From the human T2T-CHM13v2.0 reference genome, Homo sapiens, in the NCBI RefSeq assembly GCF_009914755.1, contig NC_060926.1: a DNA stretch of 64,000 nt. One strand, 5' to 3'. The notes beneath the pieces were generated by a model. The model was not told the origin of the DNA, ran no database searches, and saw only the letters and a list, made by a program, of their open reading frames with translations. Both the position numbers and the translations under genes were made by a program. Positions 28,186 through 40,292 of this stretch are shown here, piece after piece; positions within the stretch are counted from its first letter, which is position 1; each line of letters starts with the position of its first letter.

Positions 28186-28396
28186 GTTCTTTGGGTGAGT
28201 TATCCAGTGTCATTTTGAGACTGAAGAAATAAATGTGGTTTTAGTCATTCACATGCAAAAACATTGACTGTGCACTTTCTCTCTATTTCATACACACGCA
28301 CACATGCCCTTGCAATGCTTATACTCTAATTTACATCCCAAATTACACTCCACAATAGGTCTTATTTTTAACGAGGATAGACACTGAAACTGCTTT

Positions 28397-29060
28397 ATCA
28401 GTTATCTAGTGCCGTTATAATACTGTGTAACAAACCACAATACCTTCAATGGCATTCAACAAAAAACATTTATTGTTTATATGCAATATATGCAATTTCT
28501 TACCAAGTAACACAATTAATGAATTAGGTTCACCTCAAAACACTAAATAATATATCTGTTCCTTACTCCAGGCAGAGACACAAAAACTGGAACCTTAAAG
28601 ATGAACAGGAAATGATGGAAAACAGGAGGAGAACCATGTGATTAGACATATATAAAACTGGAAGCTTTATCAACTCCCACAGTTCCATCTGGGGTCAGCT
28701 GGGGGTTGGGTAAATGGTTCTGCAGTTCTTGGTTGGGCTTGGGGTCTGGGGATCAGCTGTTGCATGATCGACGATGGCTTCCACTTAGACAAATAGGGCA
28801 GGTTAGCTGTGCTCCACGTGTCTGTGTTTCTCCAGCAGCCCAGTCTGAGTGTGTCCCCATTGATGGCAGAGTTGTAAGAGTGAGAAACCTGTAGGCTTCT
28901 AAGGTCTTGGCCTGGAACTGCCACTTCCTCTCTACTCTATTGGTCCAAACAAAATAGACGGGGTAGAAGAATATACTCTGCTTTTGTAGGACAAAATTCA
29001 AAGTGACATGCCAAAAGGCATGGTTAGAGGGAGGGGTGAATAATTTGGCTGTTTTCATAA
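28397..29060 (-). mobile_element. MLT1H-like MaLR LTR interrupted by a ~200-bp non-LTR insert
   Basis: TATCAGTTATCTAGTGCC ... TGTGTAACAAACCAC ... CATTTATTG, resuming after the insert at ATCTGGGGTCAGCTGGG ... CTCTATTGGTCCAAACAAA ... CAAAGTGACATGCCAAAAGGCATGG. Confidence 0.75.
28492..28691. repeat. Composite local duplication: inverted copy of 29993-30150 plus direct copy of 29436-29470
   Basis: 28492-28649 aligns ungapped to the reverse complement of 29993-30150 at 149/158. 28654-28691 matches AAAATGGAAGCTTTATCAACTTCCAGTTCCATCTG at 29436-29470. Confidence 0.93.
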
Positions 29061-30544
29061 ATTGCGCATTTGCTATTTTATGAATGCCTTTAAAATAAAG
29101 GAATATTGATCACATTGAATTGAGTGCACTTGGGGTTCAGTTTACTCCTTTCTGACCTCTAGTTACACGTGCATAAAATATAATATTGTTGTGCTCAAAT
29201 GAGATAAAAGGAAGAAATGTATGTTTCTCTCATATTTGAAATCAAGAGGCATGTTCTGTTCCAGGCCACTAGCAGACACAAGCTTTTCCTCTAGACAGCT
29301 GATATTCTTTTTGCTATGTAGGTGTGAATAAAAGAGCAACAGAGATGGTGTAAAAACTGCTAATAGAGAAACAGCACAGGAGGTGGATGGAGGGTGGGGA
29401 CAGTACGGGCTAAAAAAAGCAGGAATTCTCACTCCAAAATGGAAGCTTTATCAACTTCCAGTTCCATCTGAGATAGCACAAGAGAGCAAAAGAAGAGAGA
29501 TGGTTTTCAATAGATCAATAAGGTGATCACTAAACTAAGTCCATGACCCAAGGTTATTTGAGTATTTCATATTTTGACTCATTTACATCTCATGAGCCCC
29601 AATAGTGCTTCTCAGTATTCAATTTTTTTCTCCATTGATTTTAATTAAGCTCACCATAGGCTAGCAACCCTGATGAACAGGAAGAGTATTTTCTATCAAA
29701 AAGCTGTGTAGCTTCTGAGGCCTGAATTCGGAAGCTCGCCTACATCTATTCAAAATGTTTTTACTTCCATCCTGTGGCACGATTCTTAAAATGTGAAATA
29801 AAGACACATTCTGCTGCTACGCCATAAAGATTTTCCACTCTGTAACTGTGAAAATTACCATATTATTCCTGATTCAGACATGTCATATGGAATCTGGGAT
29901 CAGTGATAAGTGCTGTGTATACAGTAGCTTCTGTGCGGGAAGTGGCGCTTGCTGCTGTTCATGATGGGACATGCTTTCATACCTCCATTTAGATGTCTAA
30001 TCACATGGTTCTCCTCTCGTTTTCCATCATTTCCTCTTCATCTTTAAGATTCCAATTTTTGTGTCTCTGACTAGAGTAAGGAACAGACATATTATTTAGT
30101 GTTTTGAGGTGAACCTAATCCATTAATTGTGTTACTTGGTAAGAAATTGCTGCTCTATCTTTATGACAAGGTATCTCAAGGCAAAAATCAGAGCCATTTG
30201 AATGATAGCTTTAAGAGGAAAGTGGGGCAATGTCAGTCCATAGGAAGTGTTTTCAGAGCACAAGGGACTTCTTTATATAGTCCATCTATTTAATAAGTGC
30301 AATAGTGTATATTCTAACAATGGCTTAGCATAGAAAATGAAAAACGTGGGTCCAATAGAAATCAGAACAATAGGACAAGTCATTTGAATGCAGTGTTATC
30401 AAAAGCCACTGAGTAATCTTACTCAGCCATATCATTCTGGGGAAAAAAAAGGAGAAAGGAAGGAAGAAAACAAGGAAAGAGGAAACCAACTGATCAACCA
30501 AAACTCTGATTATAAAGTTATGTTAATTTTTTAATATAGAAAAC

Positions 30545-31040
30545 TAGTTATCTATTGCCACATAACAAATTACCCCCAAATTTAGTGTCTACAAAGAATA
30601 ACATTTATTACCTGAATGTTTCTTAGGTCAGGAATCTGGGTACAGCTTAGCTAGGTATGTCTTATTCAAGGTCTCTCCTGAAGCTGTAGCCAAGCTGACA
30701 GCTGGGACAGTGGTCTCATCTGAAGACTCTACTGGAGAGGGGTATGGGAAGGAGAGTGTGAATTTGTTTATAAGTTCTCTCGCCCCTGGTCCCTCACCAC
30801 ACAGACTCACAACATGGCAGTTGGCTTCCCCAAGACAAGTGTTCCAAGAAAGAGCATGACAGAGCTTGAGAAGGAAGCAAGTCTTTTTAAAACCTAATCT
30901 TGAAAGTGACATTCCATCATATTTGCTGTATTCTGTTAGAAGCAAATCAGTGTCTTTCTCATTGTCAAGGGTGGCAGATCACAAGGCCTGACACCTGGCT
31001 GGTGGGAATCATTGGCAGCCACATTCATAGGTACCTACCC
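30545..31040 (-). mobile_element. MLT1F-type MaLR solo LTR
   Basis: TAGTTATCTATTGCCACATAACAAATTACCCCCAAATTTAGTG ... GGTCAGGAATCTGGGTACAGCTTAGCTAGG ... CACAACATGGCAGTTGGCTTCCCC. Confidence 0.85.
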
Positions 31041-32549
31041 TATGCATAAAGGCACAAAGACGAGCACTTAGAAAACCCATCTGTAATCTTATCACCCAAG
31101 GAGAGTTATAGTTAAATTTTTAGTACATGCACATACAGATATTTATCAATACATTGAAATCCATTTGTATCATTTTCCTCAAAGAATTAGTTCATACCAT
31201 ATGCAACTTTCTGAAACCCCTCACTTAATAATGGGCTATACAGTAAAACAAAAAGCTTTTCATAAATCAACTAATGCATATTTATTTTGAAAACAAAAGC
31301 AAAATCCAATTGATCTATAACCTCACTACTTGGACATAACTACTATTGGCCTTTTATAGTACTTTCATCTCTTTTTTCATGTTTATCTGTCTATAAATAC
31401 AAACACCTAAACACAAATGTTATCTACTATCATGCCCTTGGTAACCTGGGTTCTTATGTTGCTCTCAAAGAAAGCTGTGGTTAGCAGCACTTACTGTGGA
31501 AGGACATCCAATCTCTGCAGAAAACAATTTATATTTATTGTTAATATCATAGTTGTTACACATTGAAGAGCTTGACTAAACTGCCATTTTACATTTTGTC
31601 AATATCTTATTTTGAGGTGCAGTATTAAATATATTTGATAGTTAAAGTTAAGGAAAATACAAATTTATTGTTCAAACAGAAAATACCAATATTTCAACAA
31701 CAGTGATTCAGATAATGTTCCATTATGCTTAAAAAGTTAAAAAAGGAGACAACTCAAAAATAAAAACACAAATACAACTAAGTGTAGAAATAAATGCGAA
31801 ATTAGCACTTTTGTTTCTGCAAGATATCTTGTGTCACACTAATTTGTTAAATGCAAGTTTATCGATTGGTGGTTTTGTTCGTGCCTGAGTCAAGTTGAAT
31901 AAAGGTACAGGAGGTTGTGAGTATAGAGTTTAGATGTAGTTAAATCTTTGTATTATTTAAATGACTTTGTAATAAAAAATAATAATGATTGGCTATCCAT
32001 GAGAATTTTTCCCTTTAAGGAATTGTGAATTCATTACCAACATGCCCATTTTATTGCTAATATTAGGCTCGTATTTTGGACAGTTTCTGCCTTTGCATAT
32101 AACATCTCTCTCTTCATTACCATTGCCCACAAAATCTTAATACTTACTTTCTTCTTTATTTTTGTCTTGAAAAATCTATAAGCTTTGTTAAGATTGCACT
32201 GGCTAATGATATTTGCTCCCCTTTCCTGATAATTGAAACTATATATGTAATATACATGCATGATCAATCTACTAAGAACTACTATTCCAAAGTCCCCGGT
32301 CTAATGAAACACACATTCTAGAAGGGGAGATTGTGTGTGTGTATTTTCCTTTGTGAGTATATATGTGTGGGTTTTGAGTATTGCTAAAGTGTATTAAAGT
32401 GTTAGGTAATGATAAATTCAATGAAGAAAAATAAAGCAAGCGACACAGCTAATCCAGTGAGGTTTGACTATTCCTTATCTGACCCCAGGTCCCCAGGATG
32501 GACAGCCATCCTGTTTGGTAAGGAGTCAGAGGCAGCTATACTCAGTATG

Positions 32550-32920
32550 CTCTCAGTTCTCAAACCTGGCTGCACACTGAAAACACATGGAGGGCTTTAA
32601 AAACACTGTGCTTGCATAGACAGAAAGATGGACACAGTAAACGTTGGGCACTCCAAAAGGGAGGAGGAAGGGAGGGGCTAGTGTTGAAAAACAATGGGTA
32701 CTATGTTCACTATTTGGATGATGTGTTCCCTGAAGCCCAAACTCTAGCATCAGCCACTATACCCATGTAGCAAACTTGCGCATGTACCGCTGAATCCAAA
32801 ATACAATCCAATAAAATAAAATAATAAAAATGCTGTGCCTGGATCCTGTCTCCAGAGGTTCTGTTGTGATTGGCCTCGGGTGTTCTGGCCTGAGCAGTGG
32901 GATTTTTAACAGCTCCTTTG
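32550..32920. mobile_element. MER5B-like hAT element split by an L1 fragment
   Basis: GTTCTCAAACCTGGCTGCACACTGAAACAC ... then CCAGAGGTTCTG ... GGGATTTTTAACAGCTCC on the far side of the L1 piece. Confidence 0.7.
32615..32825 (+). mobile_element. Old L1 3' end (L1PA16/L1PB-like) with A-rich tail
   Basis: GGGTACTATGTTCACTATTTGGATGATG ... ATACCCATGTAGCAAACTTGCGCATGTACCGCTGAATCCAAAATA; TSD AAAAACACTGTGCTTG (32599-32614) / AAAAATGCTGTGCCTG (32826-32841). Confidence 0.85.
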
Positions 32921-33050
32921 CCAATTCCAAGAAGTCAGACTCCTAAAGTCTGAAGCTCTCCAGATGACGGCATTTGTAAATTGGCTTTTAGTGTAGATGG
33001 ATGGTGCCAATCTCCTGCTTACAGCTCTCCAGTGGCTCATCAAGGCCCAT

Positions 33051-33215
33051 GGTGGTGTTTCTCAACCCTGCCTGATAGCAAAAATCACCTGGGGTGCTTG
33101 TTAAATGTCCAGATCTTTAGAATCTCTTCCCTATCTACTAAATCAGAGTCTCCAGGAACAGAGTCAGTGGGTCATCTCAGCTCTTCTTAACAAGCAACCT
33201 GGTTGATAACATCTG
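33051..33215. mobile_element. MER5A-like hAT MITE
   Basis: TTTCTCAACCCTG ... AATCACCTGGGGTGCTTGTTAAA ... CTACTAAATCAGAGTCTCCAGG ... TTAACAAGC. Confidence 0.65.
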
Positions 33216-34609
33216 GCAAATTTTAACAGCCTTCTCAAAATTATTGCCTGAATTCCTTCCATGGCATTCAAGGCCTATGAATCCAGCTTCAAATGTCATC
33301 CTTTAAGCTATGCCAGACTGATTACTATTTACAGATTGCAATGCACTCTTATAATCTCCTGGTTAGAAACTTTTGCCAAAAACACTTTGTCAGTTCGGTG
33401 TTTACAATTTGTAGCAAGTGGCAGAGGGATTTTTTGGTAAAAGGGAAGAGGCTATTTTGGAATACATACTGGGTCTCTCACAGAGAATTCATGAAGAGAA
33501 TGGTTTATCAGCCAACAGTGGGTTTGTTCATAGCACTGTGCAATATTTTGTGCCTATCTCTTTTTACTCATGAGGAGCTTTGCTCCCACTAGGCTGCTGA
33601 AGCTTTTTCTTATCATCTTTTGATGATCTAAGGGACCTCGTTTGTAATGACAGAATACTAAGTTTAGATGTATTTAGTTTCATAATTTGAAAAGTATTTT
33701 TTTAAACCATGGAAGCTCATTTGTTTTTCCATTACCCAAGTAGATTGGAAAACAAGGGCCCATCATCATTTAATGGAGAATCTGAGGCCAACAAAACCCA
33801 GAGAACTTAAGAGGATTATACCAGGTTGCACAGCTGGCCAGCAGCTGAGTAGAGTCTAGATTTCTGTACATTCTCATTCCCTAGTTTTTCTACCTCGTTG
33901 AGAATTGATTCTCTCCCTTTGTACCATTTATAAATGATTCCCACTATTTACCTGATGGTCTTTACTTGGTGTACAGCTCATGAATGCTATTTTCCTCTTA
34001 AAACTTAAAATAGGCTGCTAAGGTTAGATGGTAATGGTGTCCTTTTTAATAATAAATTAATGTGGGTATTACTTTATCATACTTAATTAGAAATCATGAG
34101 ATTATTTTGGAAATTTGTGGATTATAGAGCAAAGTAGAAGGTTTACATCTAGGGAAGAAAGAGATGAAGTGTTTATTTTGTTTTTCTTAGATAAATACTT
34201 CATGTAGGTCTGAATGGTCAGATGGGATGTATAATTCAGCTTGCTGTGGGAGATGATGGAAACTTTTCACTCTGAGGCAGTAGGGAAGATCACTGTGGCT
34301 GCAGGACCTTGTAGGAGAGGGAAAGAGATAGTGTGGTAATGCCAAAGAAAACCAGACCTTTCAAGAGATTTTTTTTCCACTGAATTGCTTTTATTATTTT
34401 ATCATAAGATTTGGGTTTTTTCCTTTTTTTTCCACCCAGCTAGAAGTGGATGCATGCAAGAGGTGTGAGAGAAGAGTCAAGCAGAATTCTGTAAAGTGGG
34501 CTGTTGACTTGGTTTTATCCTTTTTGGGGCAGAGGTTTGAACTCATCAGCCACAGTCAGGATTTAACTTGTTTAGGCATCAGAGTAACAGCTCTTAGCAG
34601 GAGGTTCCT

Positions 34610-34945
34610 CCCCCCTTCTGCCTAGAACGCTCACCACTGTGTGTGTGTGCCTCCTCATTTTCCTCCCTCAGGTCTGAGCTTACGCTCACTTGCTCTGAGA
34701 GTCCTGGCTGTGCTTGCAACTGTGTCCCTGTTCCTGGGCCTTATAACCCCCTGCTCTTTCTCTTTGTGCCACTCAGCCCTATTTGTAGCTAAGTAATTAT
34801 TTGATAATTTTATGTCTTTCCTGGTAGACTTCCAGTCCACAAGAATATGGATCGTATCATTTCCCTCCAGTATTGTATTTTCAGTGTCTAGAGCAACAGC
34901 AATTATGATTGAGTGAATAAATGAATGAATAAGTGAATGAATGCT
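34610..34945 (+). mobile_element. L2 LINE 3' region
   Basis: TTCTGCCTAGAACGCTC ... GTATTTTCAGTGTCTAGAGCA ... GAGTGAATAAATGAATGAATAAGTGAATGAATG tail. Confidence 0.7.
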
Positions 34946-35977
34946 TTTCACTGAAATGCTATTCACTCTCCATTTGAAATGCACTTTTCCTGTCCTTTCT
35001 CTCAGAGAAATGAAAACAAAACTCTTAGTACTCTTTGAGGACTCTGTTTAGATATCATATTATTTTTGTTCTTGTGGAAATTTTCTGCATTTTCTTCTGG
35101 AATAGAAAAAAGTAATCTTTTTCATTTCTGCTCATTAAGCCTTTGCATATCTCTCTATAATCATAAGGCAACAGTACATACTATAAAACTTAGGAGTTTT
35201 ATTTTTCTGTTCCCCTGCAACCTCCACACTGTGGTCTACTTAATGGCTGAATGTGTTTTGTTAATCCATATTTTCCTTTAGTGGGTGATGAATAAAGATA
35301 CATCAACATTTTGAATCGATGGGTAAAAGGACAATTGGGAAAAAACTCTGGGGAGCAGACTGGATCTAAAACAGATGCAGATACAACAAAGTATCGAACT
35401 GTCTAGCAAGACGAGAGACTTCCGGATATGTAATATTTTGGAAGAATATGGTTTTAGATTTTTGTAGGTGCTCTGCACTTTGGAAACTTCATATAATTAC
35501 TTGAAAAGGTACTGATGCAGGTTGAAGACAAGCTTCTCATAGCTAACTGATTTTGAATTAATGATATTTCCTATCTGAGCTCCAATTCTTCACATGTAAA
35601 CTACTTCTTATCTCTTCTGTAAATGCCTACTTCTTATGATAAATCTTTCATAATTTATTGTATTCGGACTATATCATGACCCCTTTTCTGACGAAGTTGG
35701 GAGCTGCCTGTTACAATCAATGATCAGTATCCATGCCCTGTTTGTGATTAGTGCATGGTAACTTTATGTAAACTGCACAATGAAGGCTGATTACACTTTG
35801 TCTCAGAGCAATTGAAACAGTGATATCATGAGTCTCTATACCAAGGAGCCACATGAATTTCACTTGGCTGGTGAGAAATAGTGCAGCAAATGTATCCACT
35901 CTGGATCCTTCTGTGCCACTGTTTGTGCCATTAGGCATTTTATTATAAAGTAGTTTAATTTTGGAGCTCAACCTAAA

Positions 35978-35997
35978 ACACACACACACACACACAC
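35978..35997. repeat. (AC)10 microsatellite
   Basis: Direct reading. Confidence 0.9.
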
Positions 35998-38900
35998 CTT
36001 TAGCTTGTCGAGTATCAAAAACACTTTCCCATAAAATGCCCCTTCTTTTTTTAAAAAAGAAAAAAGAGTAATATTTAAGCCTGTTTGATGATGGATTTTT
36101 AGAGTTTTACCAATTCTTAACCTTTACTGAGTTTCTCTTATTGTTTCATTTTTTTGAATCTTACTGCTTTGGGTTTATTACTGCTTCTGCCCTGAGTACT
36201 TTTTAACTCAGTCTGTGTATTTCTGCAAACTTATTGGGGGCGGAGGGTAGTGGTAGTGATAGGGACAGTCAGAAGTGGTGAGATGAGAGGCAGAAAGAGA
36301 TGAGAGGCAGATGAGCTAGAGGCAGGGCTGACAGAAGAAACCTAAGGACTTCCCAATGTTCTCTAAACAGCAGGCTTTGGAGCTCTGATACGAGAAGCTC
36401 AGCATCAGTGCTAGCAGTAATACCAAATAACTTAGCGAAAAGTTAAAACATTCTGCAGTTCTGCTTATCAGCTTTGAGCCCCATGGTCCTTGCTAACAAG
36501 AGGGATAAAACAAAAATTTTTTAAAATAATAAATACAAGGACATTTGGTGTAGTGTGCACACCAAGAAAGATACCAGAAATTTGGTACACTATTCTGCTC
36601 GGCCTTTGCATACTAATGAAAATAAATCATTATTCTGATAAATGAAGGCCATTTCTCCTGCAGCCTTTCAGGGAGAACACTGCACCTGACACTCTCTTTG
36701 AAGCATTTGGAAGTCTGAACACTCAATTTCTTGCCACTGCCAGCTTTTGAAAATTGGCCTCTCCCCTCCTTGGGATTTAGCCGCAGAGTCAGCAGTGACT
36801 CCACAAAGCCCTTGCACATTGGGGGTTTAAGGCCGAGGAAGGGGCTGGATTTTTCAGGAGTAAGCGGAATCTTAATGCCCTCACCGCAGATGGAGAGAGG
36901 AAATGAAAATATATACCTGAGCATATTAGTGCATCGAGGGGGCTCCTGTCTCAGACTTGTCTTCAGCCAAAGAGGGGTCGTCCACACTAATAACTGTGAT
37001 CATACCAAAATTATTCAATGCCAATTTATTTACTTACTTCCCCCCATCAAAAAGACAATGCATCGCCAACAAGTCACAGACAATTCTTTTCCTGTAAAGG
37101 TTGGGGTGCTCGATGTACATTCAGAGCCACGCACGCGAGTGCGAAGAAGTCGACTACCACAGCTATTTAATCAGGAGTGTTTGTTGATTTGAGCAGAGGC
37201 CCTATGCTGTGAAATGAAAACAGAAAACCAAATTTTCTTGAGCAATCTCGCTGTTCCTGCTTCAGGTGCTAGGCCATTTCACTAAAGCAGCTCAGACGAG
37301 AATGTCATTAGTTCTTAAGCCCCAGGTGAATTTGCCACTGTTCCACATGATTAAGCCAGATAATTGTGTGTTGATAGCGAATGTGGTTGGTGAAATACAA
37401 TTTCTAGGGCCTTCCTAAACAAACACAATGTAGGAGTGAGTCAGAGAGCTGTCATTTCAGTCCTTTGTCACAGGTTTTGCACGGGCAGACATCTCTGGCA
37501 AGGGCCGGCTAGCAATTCAGTGGTGACGGCCATCCCTGGGCTCTTAAAGGTGACCTGGCTTGAAAAGGGAATCACACATCATTCTGCATTTGTTTAGGGA
37601 AGAAGAAAAAAGGACATCTCATTAAAGTGCCAAGATACAATGCCGGCTCCTACGTGCACCTTGTTTTGGACCCTGAATGTAAATGATCACTTTCAGCGTG
37701 TTTTAAAAAGCATTCGTGATTTCAGCGATCCTTTCTGAAATGTGTAAAAATACCATCGTCTCCAATGATAAAAACAACAACAACATCTGCCGATGGCAAA
37801 ATATAGTCAACTTTCAGGGCCAAGTTTTTGGAAGCAGCCAATGCGTTTGCATGTGTGATTTTCTTTTTCACATATAAGTTTCTGTGGATACAAAAATATA
37901 TGTTTGTATGTACTGATCAGGTGTCTGTGTCTTAAATTTACATAGCTATGGTTTCCCTGCACCTAAATATTGAGGCTTTTAAAATTTGTAGTGTGAAGGT
38001 ATAAAGCTTTTAATTTGTTGTTGGTGGCATTTGGCATGATATCTTGGGTGGTTTTATTACTTGTATTTTTAAAACAAATATACTTAAATTTTCAAAGGGA
38101 TCACTTCCTGTCAATATGTATATTGTTTCCCCACTTTTCTCCCAAGTTAATAAACAACTACAATGATAATACCATATATTTTGATGGTTTTTCTTTTTTT
38201 TTCTTTTGGTCTATAACGTGCTCAGCTGATCCTTACAAAAGAAGACTGCCATTGACTTCTGAAGAAAAACAAAAATAAGGTTAAAAATGGATTCCAAACT
38301 AGAGATTGGAAAAACAATAGCCCCTTAATTGGCATGAGAAATTACACACATCCGAAGTGTGTACAGATGTTGTGATGGGGGATGGTTACTGATATGGCAG
38401 CTTTCAATGTCAGTAACAATACTCGAAATCATTACTGTGAAAAACCCATCACAAAACCACAGAGCATTTGTACTCATGGAGTGCCGCCTCTGTCCAAGAA
38501 GCCTTTTCTCTCACATATCCAAGCCTGAACACCTCCAAGGACAGGGAGGTAGATCATTGCCTTGGGGCATAGATGTATGTACGGGTGCTCCTTCAAGACA
38601 ACCACCTGTTGATGAGCAGAAATGAGTTGAGTGTGACCCAAGGCTGTCTCTCAAATGCCTCTGATATTGCAGCCACCACTCCCACAGTCTCTGCCCCAGT
38701 GGATCAGGACTCCTCAGAGTCAAGGGTTTCCCCTGAGTGAATTCTTTCTGCCAGCCATCCTTGCATGTCTTGGTCTCTTAGCTCTTCCAAATTCCTCATG
38801 AAGAAACTTGTTTTTATTATTGTTCCCTTTGTTAAGGGAGTTGAAGACAAGGCTTGAAGGTCCAATTGGAGGGTAGGAGACATAAATAATTCATGATGGC

Positions 38901-39947
38901 ATTGTCTCTAAAGGAGAAAACCTCCCCAGCTCAACAACAGAATTGGTGGTGCATTTTTGTTTCCTTTTAGCAGGTGGTAGTAGCCCTGATGGAAGTGGCT
39001 GCCAGCCAAGAAGAAGGGGAAATGGCATGGTGTCTATAACTTCTTTACTTGTCTCTCCTTCAGTTAGATCACAAAGGAGCTGTGCAAATTAACCTTAAGC
39101 TTGTTTTGGAAAGCAGGTTGGCATGGTCTTGAAACACTTAGGTTATCATATCAACACAAATAGCTAGTCATCGGGCAATACTCAGACTTGAAATAGGGAA
39201 AGCATCACCCTTGGACAGAATTCCCGACATCAGCTGTGCCGCTGACTAGTGCCATGGCCTTGGGCAACTCAGTTCATCAACATGTTATTCAGTTTCCTCA
39301 TTTGGGTGAGGTTACCTCACATTTATTTCTATTCTTTAAAGTCCATGATTCTTTAAATGTAAGAATGAACCTTTAAGTTTAGTAGAAGTAGAACTAGGGA
39401 TGGTGAAGGTGGAAACTTTAAAGGCTCAGGGGGCAGTGAAGAATGCAAGATCCCAAAGTGGGACGGAGAGCCATTGCTGCCTGGGGCATGGTGTGAGCTG
39501 TTCAATGGCATAGAAGATGCTGGAAGCAAGAGCAGGCTAATATCATTTGGCTGATCCTGCTAGCAAGATGATGTCTGACCCAATCCAGATAGTGGAAACA
39601 CTTCTTTCAAAGATCAACAAATTCAGTGAGATGAGGGAGGCTTGGTATGTGAAAACATTGGTAACAGCTTGAAGCACTGCAGAGAGTAAGTGAGTATGAC
39701 TAGAAGGTGGTCTGGTTGCCTACAGAACAAGGTTGTCACTAAGGTTGTTATATTATTAGAAATTGTTACTCTATAGATGAAGTGGGATCAGAACACAGTC
39801 TAGAAGATAAACTGGGACCATTTTTCACATTAAAAGGTGGGGTGGTTGAGGGAGTAAAGCATCTGTTAGACGTGGGAATGCTGACATTCTGGCATTACAA
39901 AAAATTCCCCAGTCTTTTCATGGGACCATGTAGTGCTAAGCAGAAAG

Positions 39948-40292
39948 GTGTGTGTGTGTATATATATATGTGTGTGTGTCTGTGTGTGTCTGTGTGTGTA
40001 TTTCGAGAGACAGGGTCTGACTCTGTTACCCAGGTTGGGGTGCAGTGGCACTATCATGGCTTACTGCCTTACTATAGCCTGGACCTGCTGGGCTCAAGCA
40101 ATCTTCCCACCTCAGCCTCCTCAGTAGCTGAGACAAGTGTTCACCACCATACCTGGTAAATTTGTTCTATTTTTTTGTAGAGATAGGATCTTGCTATGTT
40201 GTCCAGGCTGGTCTTGAGCTCCTGGGCTCAAGCAATCCTATCTCGGTCTCCCAAAGTGCTGGGACTGCAGGTGTGAGCCACTGTGTCCTGCC
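39948..40292 (-). mobile_element. AluJ (40001-40292) whose tail position holds a TG/TA compound microsatellite (39948-40000)
   Basis: GAGACAGGGTCT ... GGGCTCAAGCAATC ... GCTATGTTGTCCAGGCTGGTCTTGAGCTCCTGGGCTCAAG are AluJ-type positions. Confidence 0.9.

Noticed and set aside
36731-37192. 153-codon ORF in unique DNA (and antisense ORF 36613-36987)
   Set aside because: Non-ATG start, no recognisable domain or exon context; length is within chance expectation for 64 kb.
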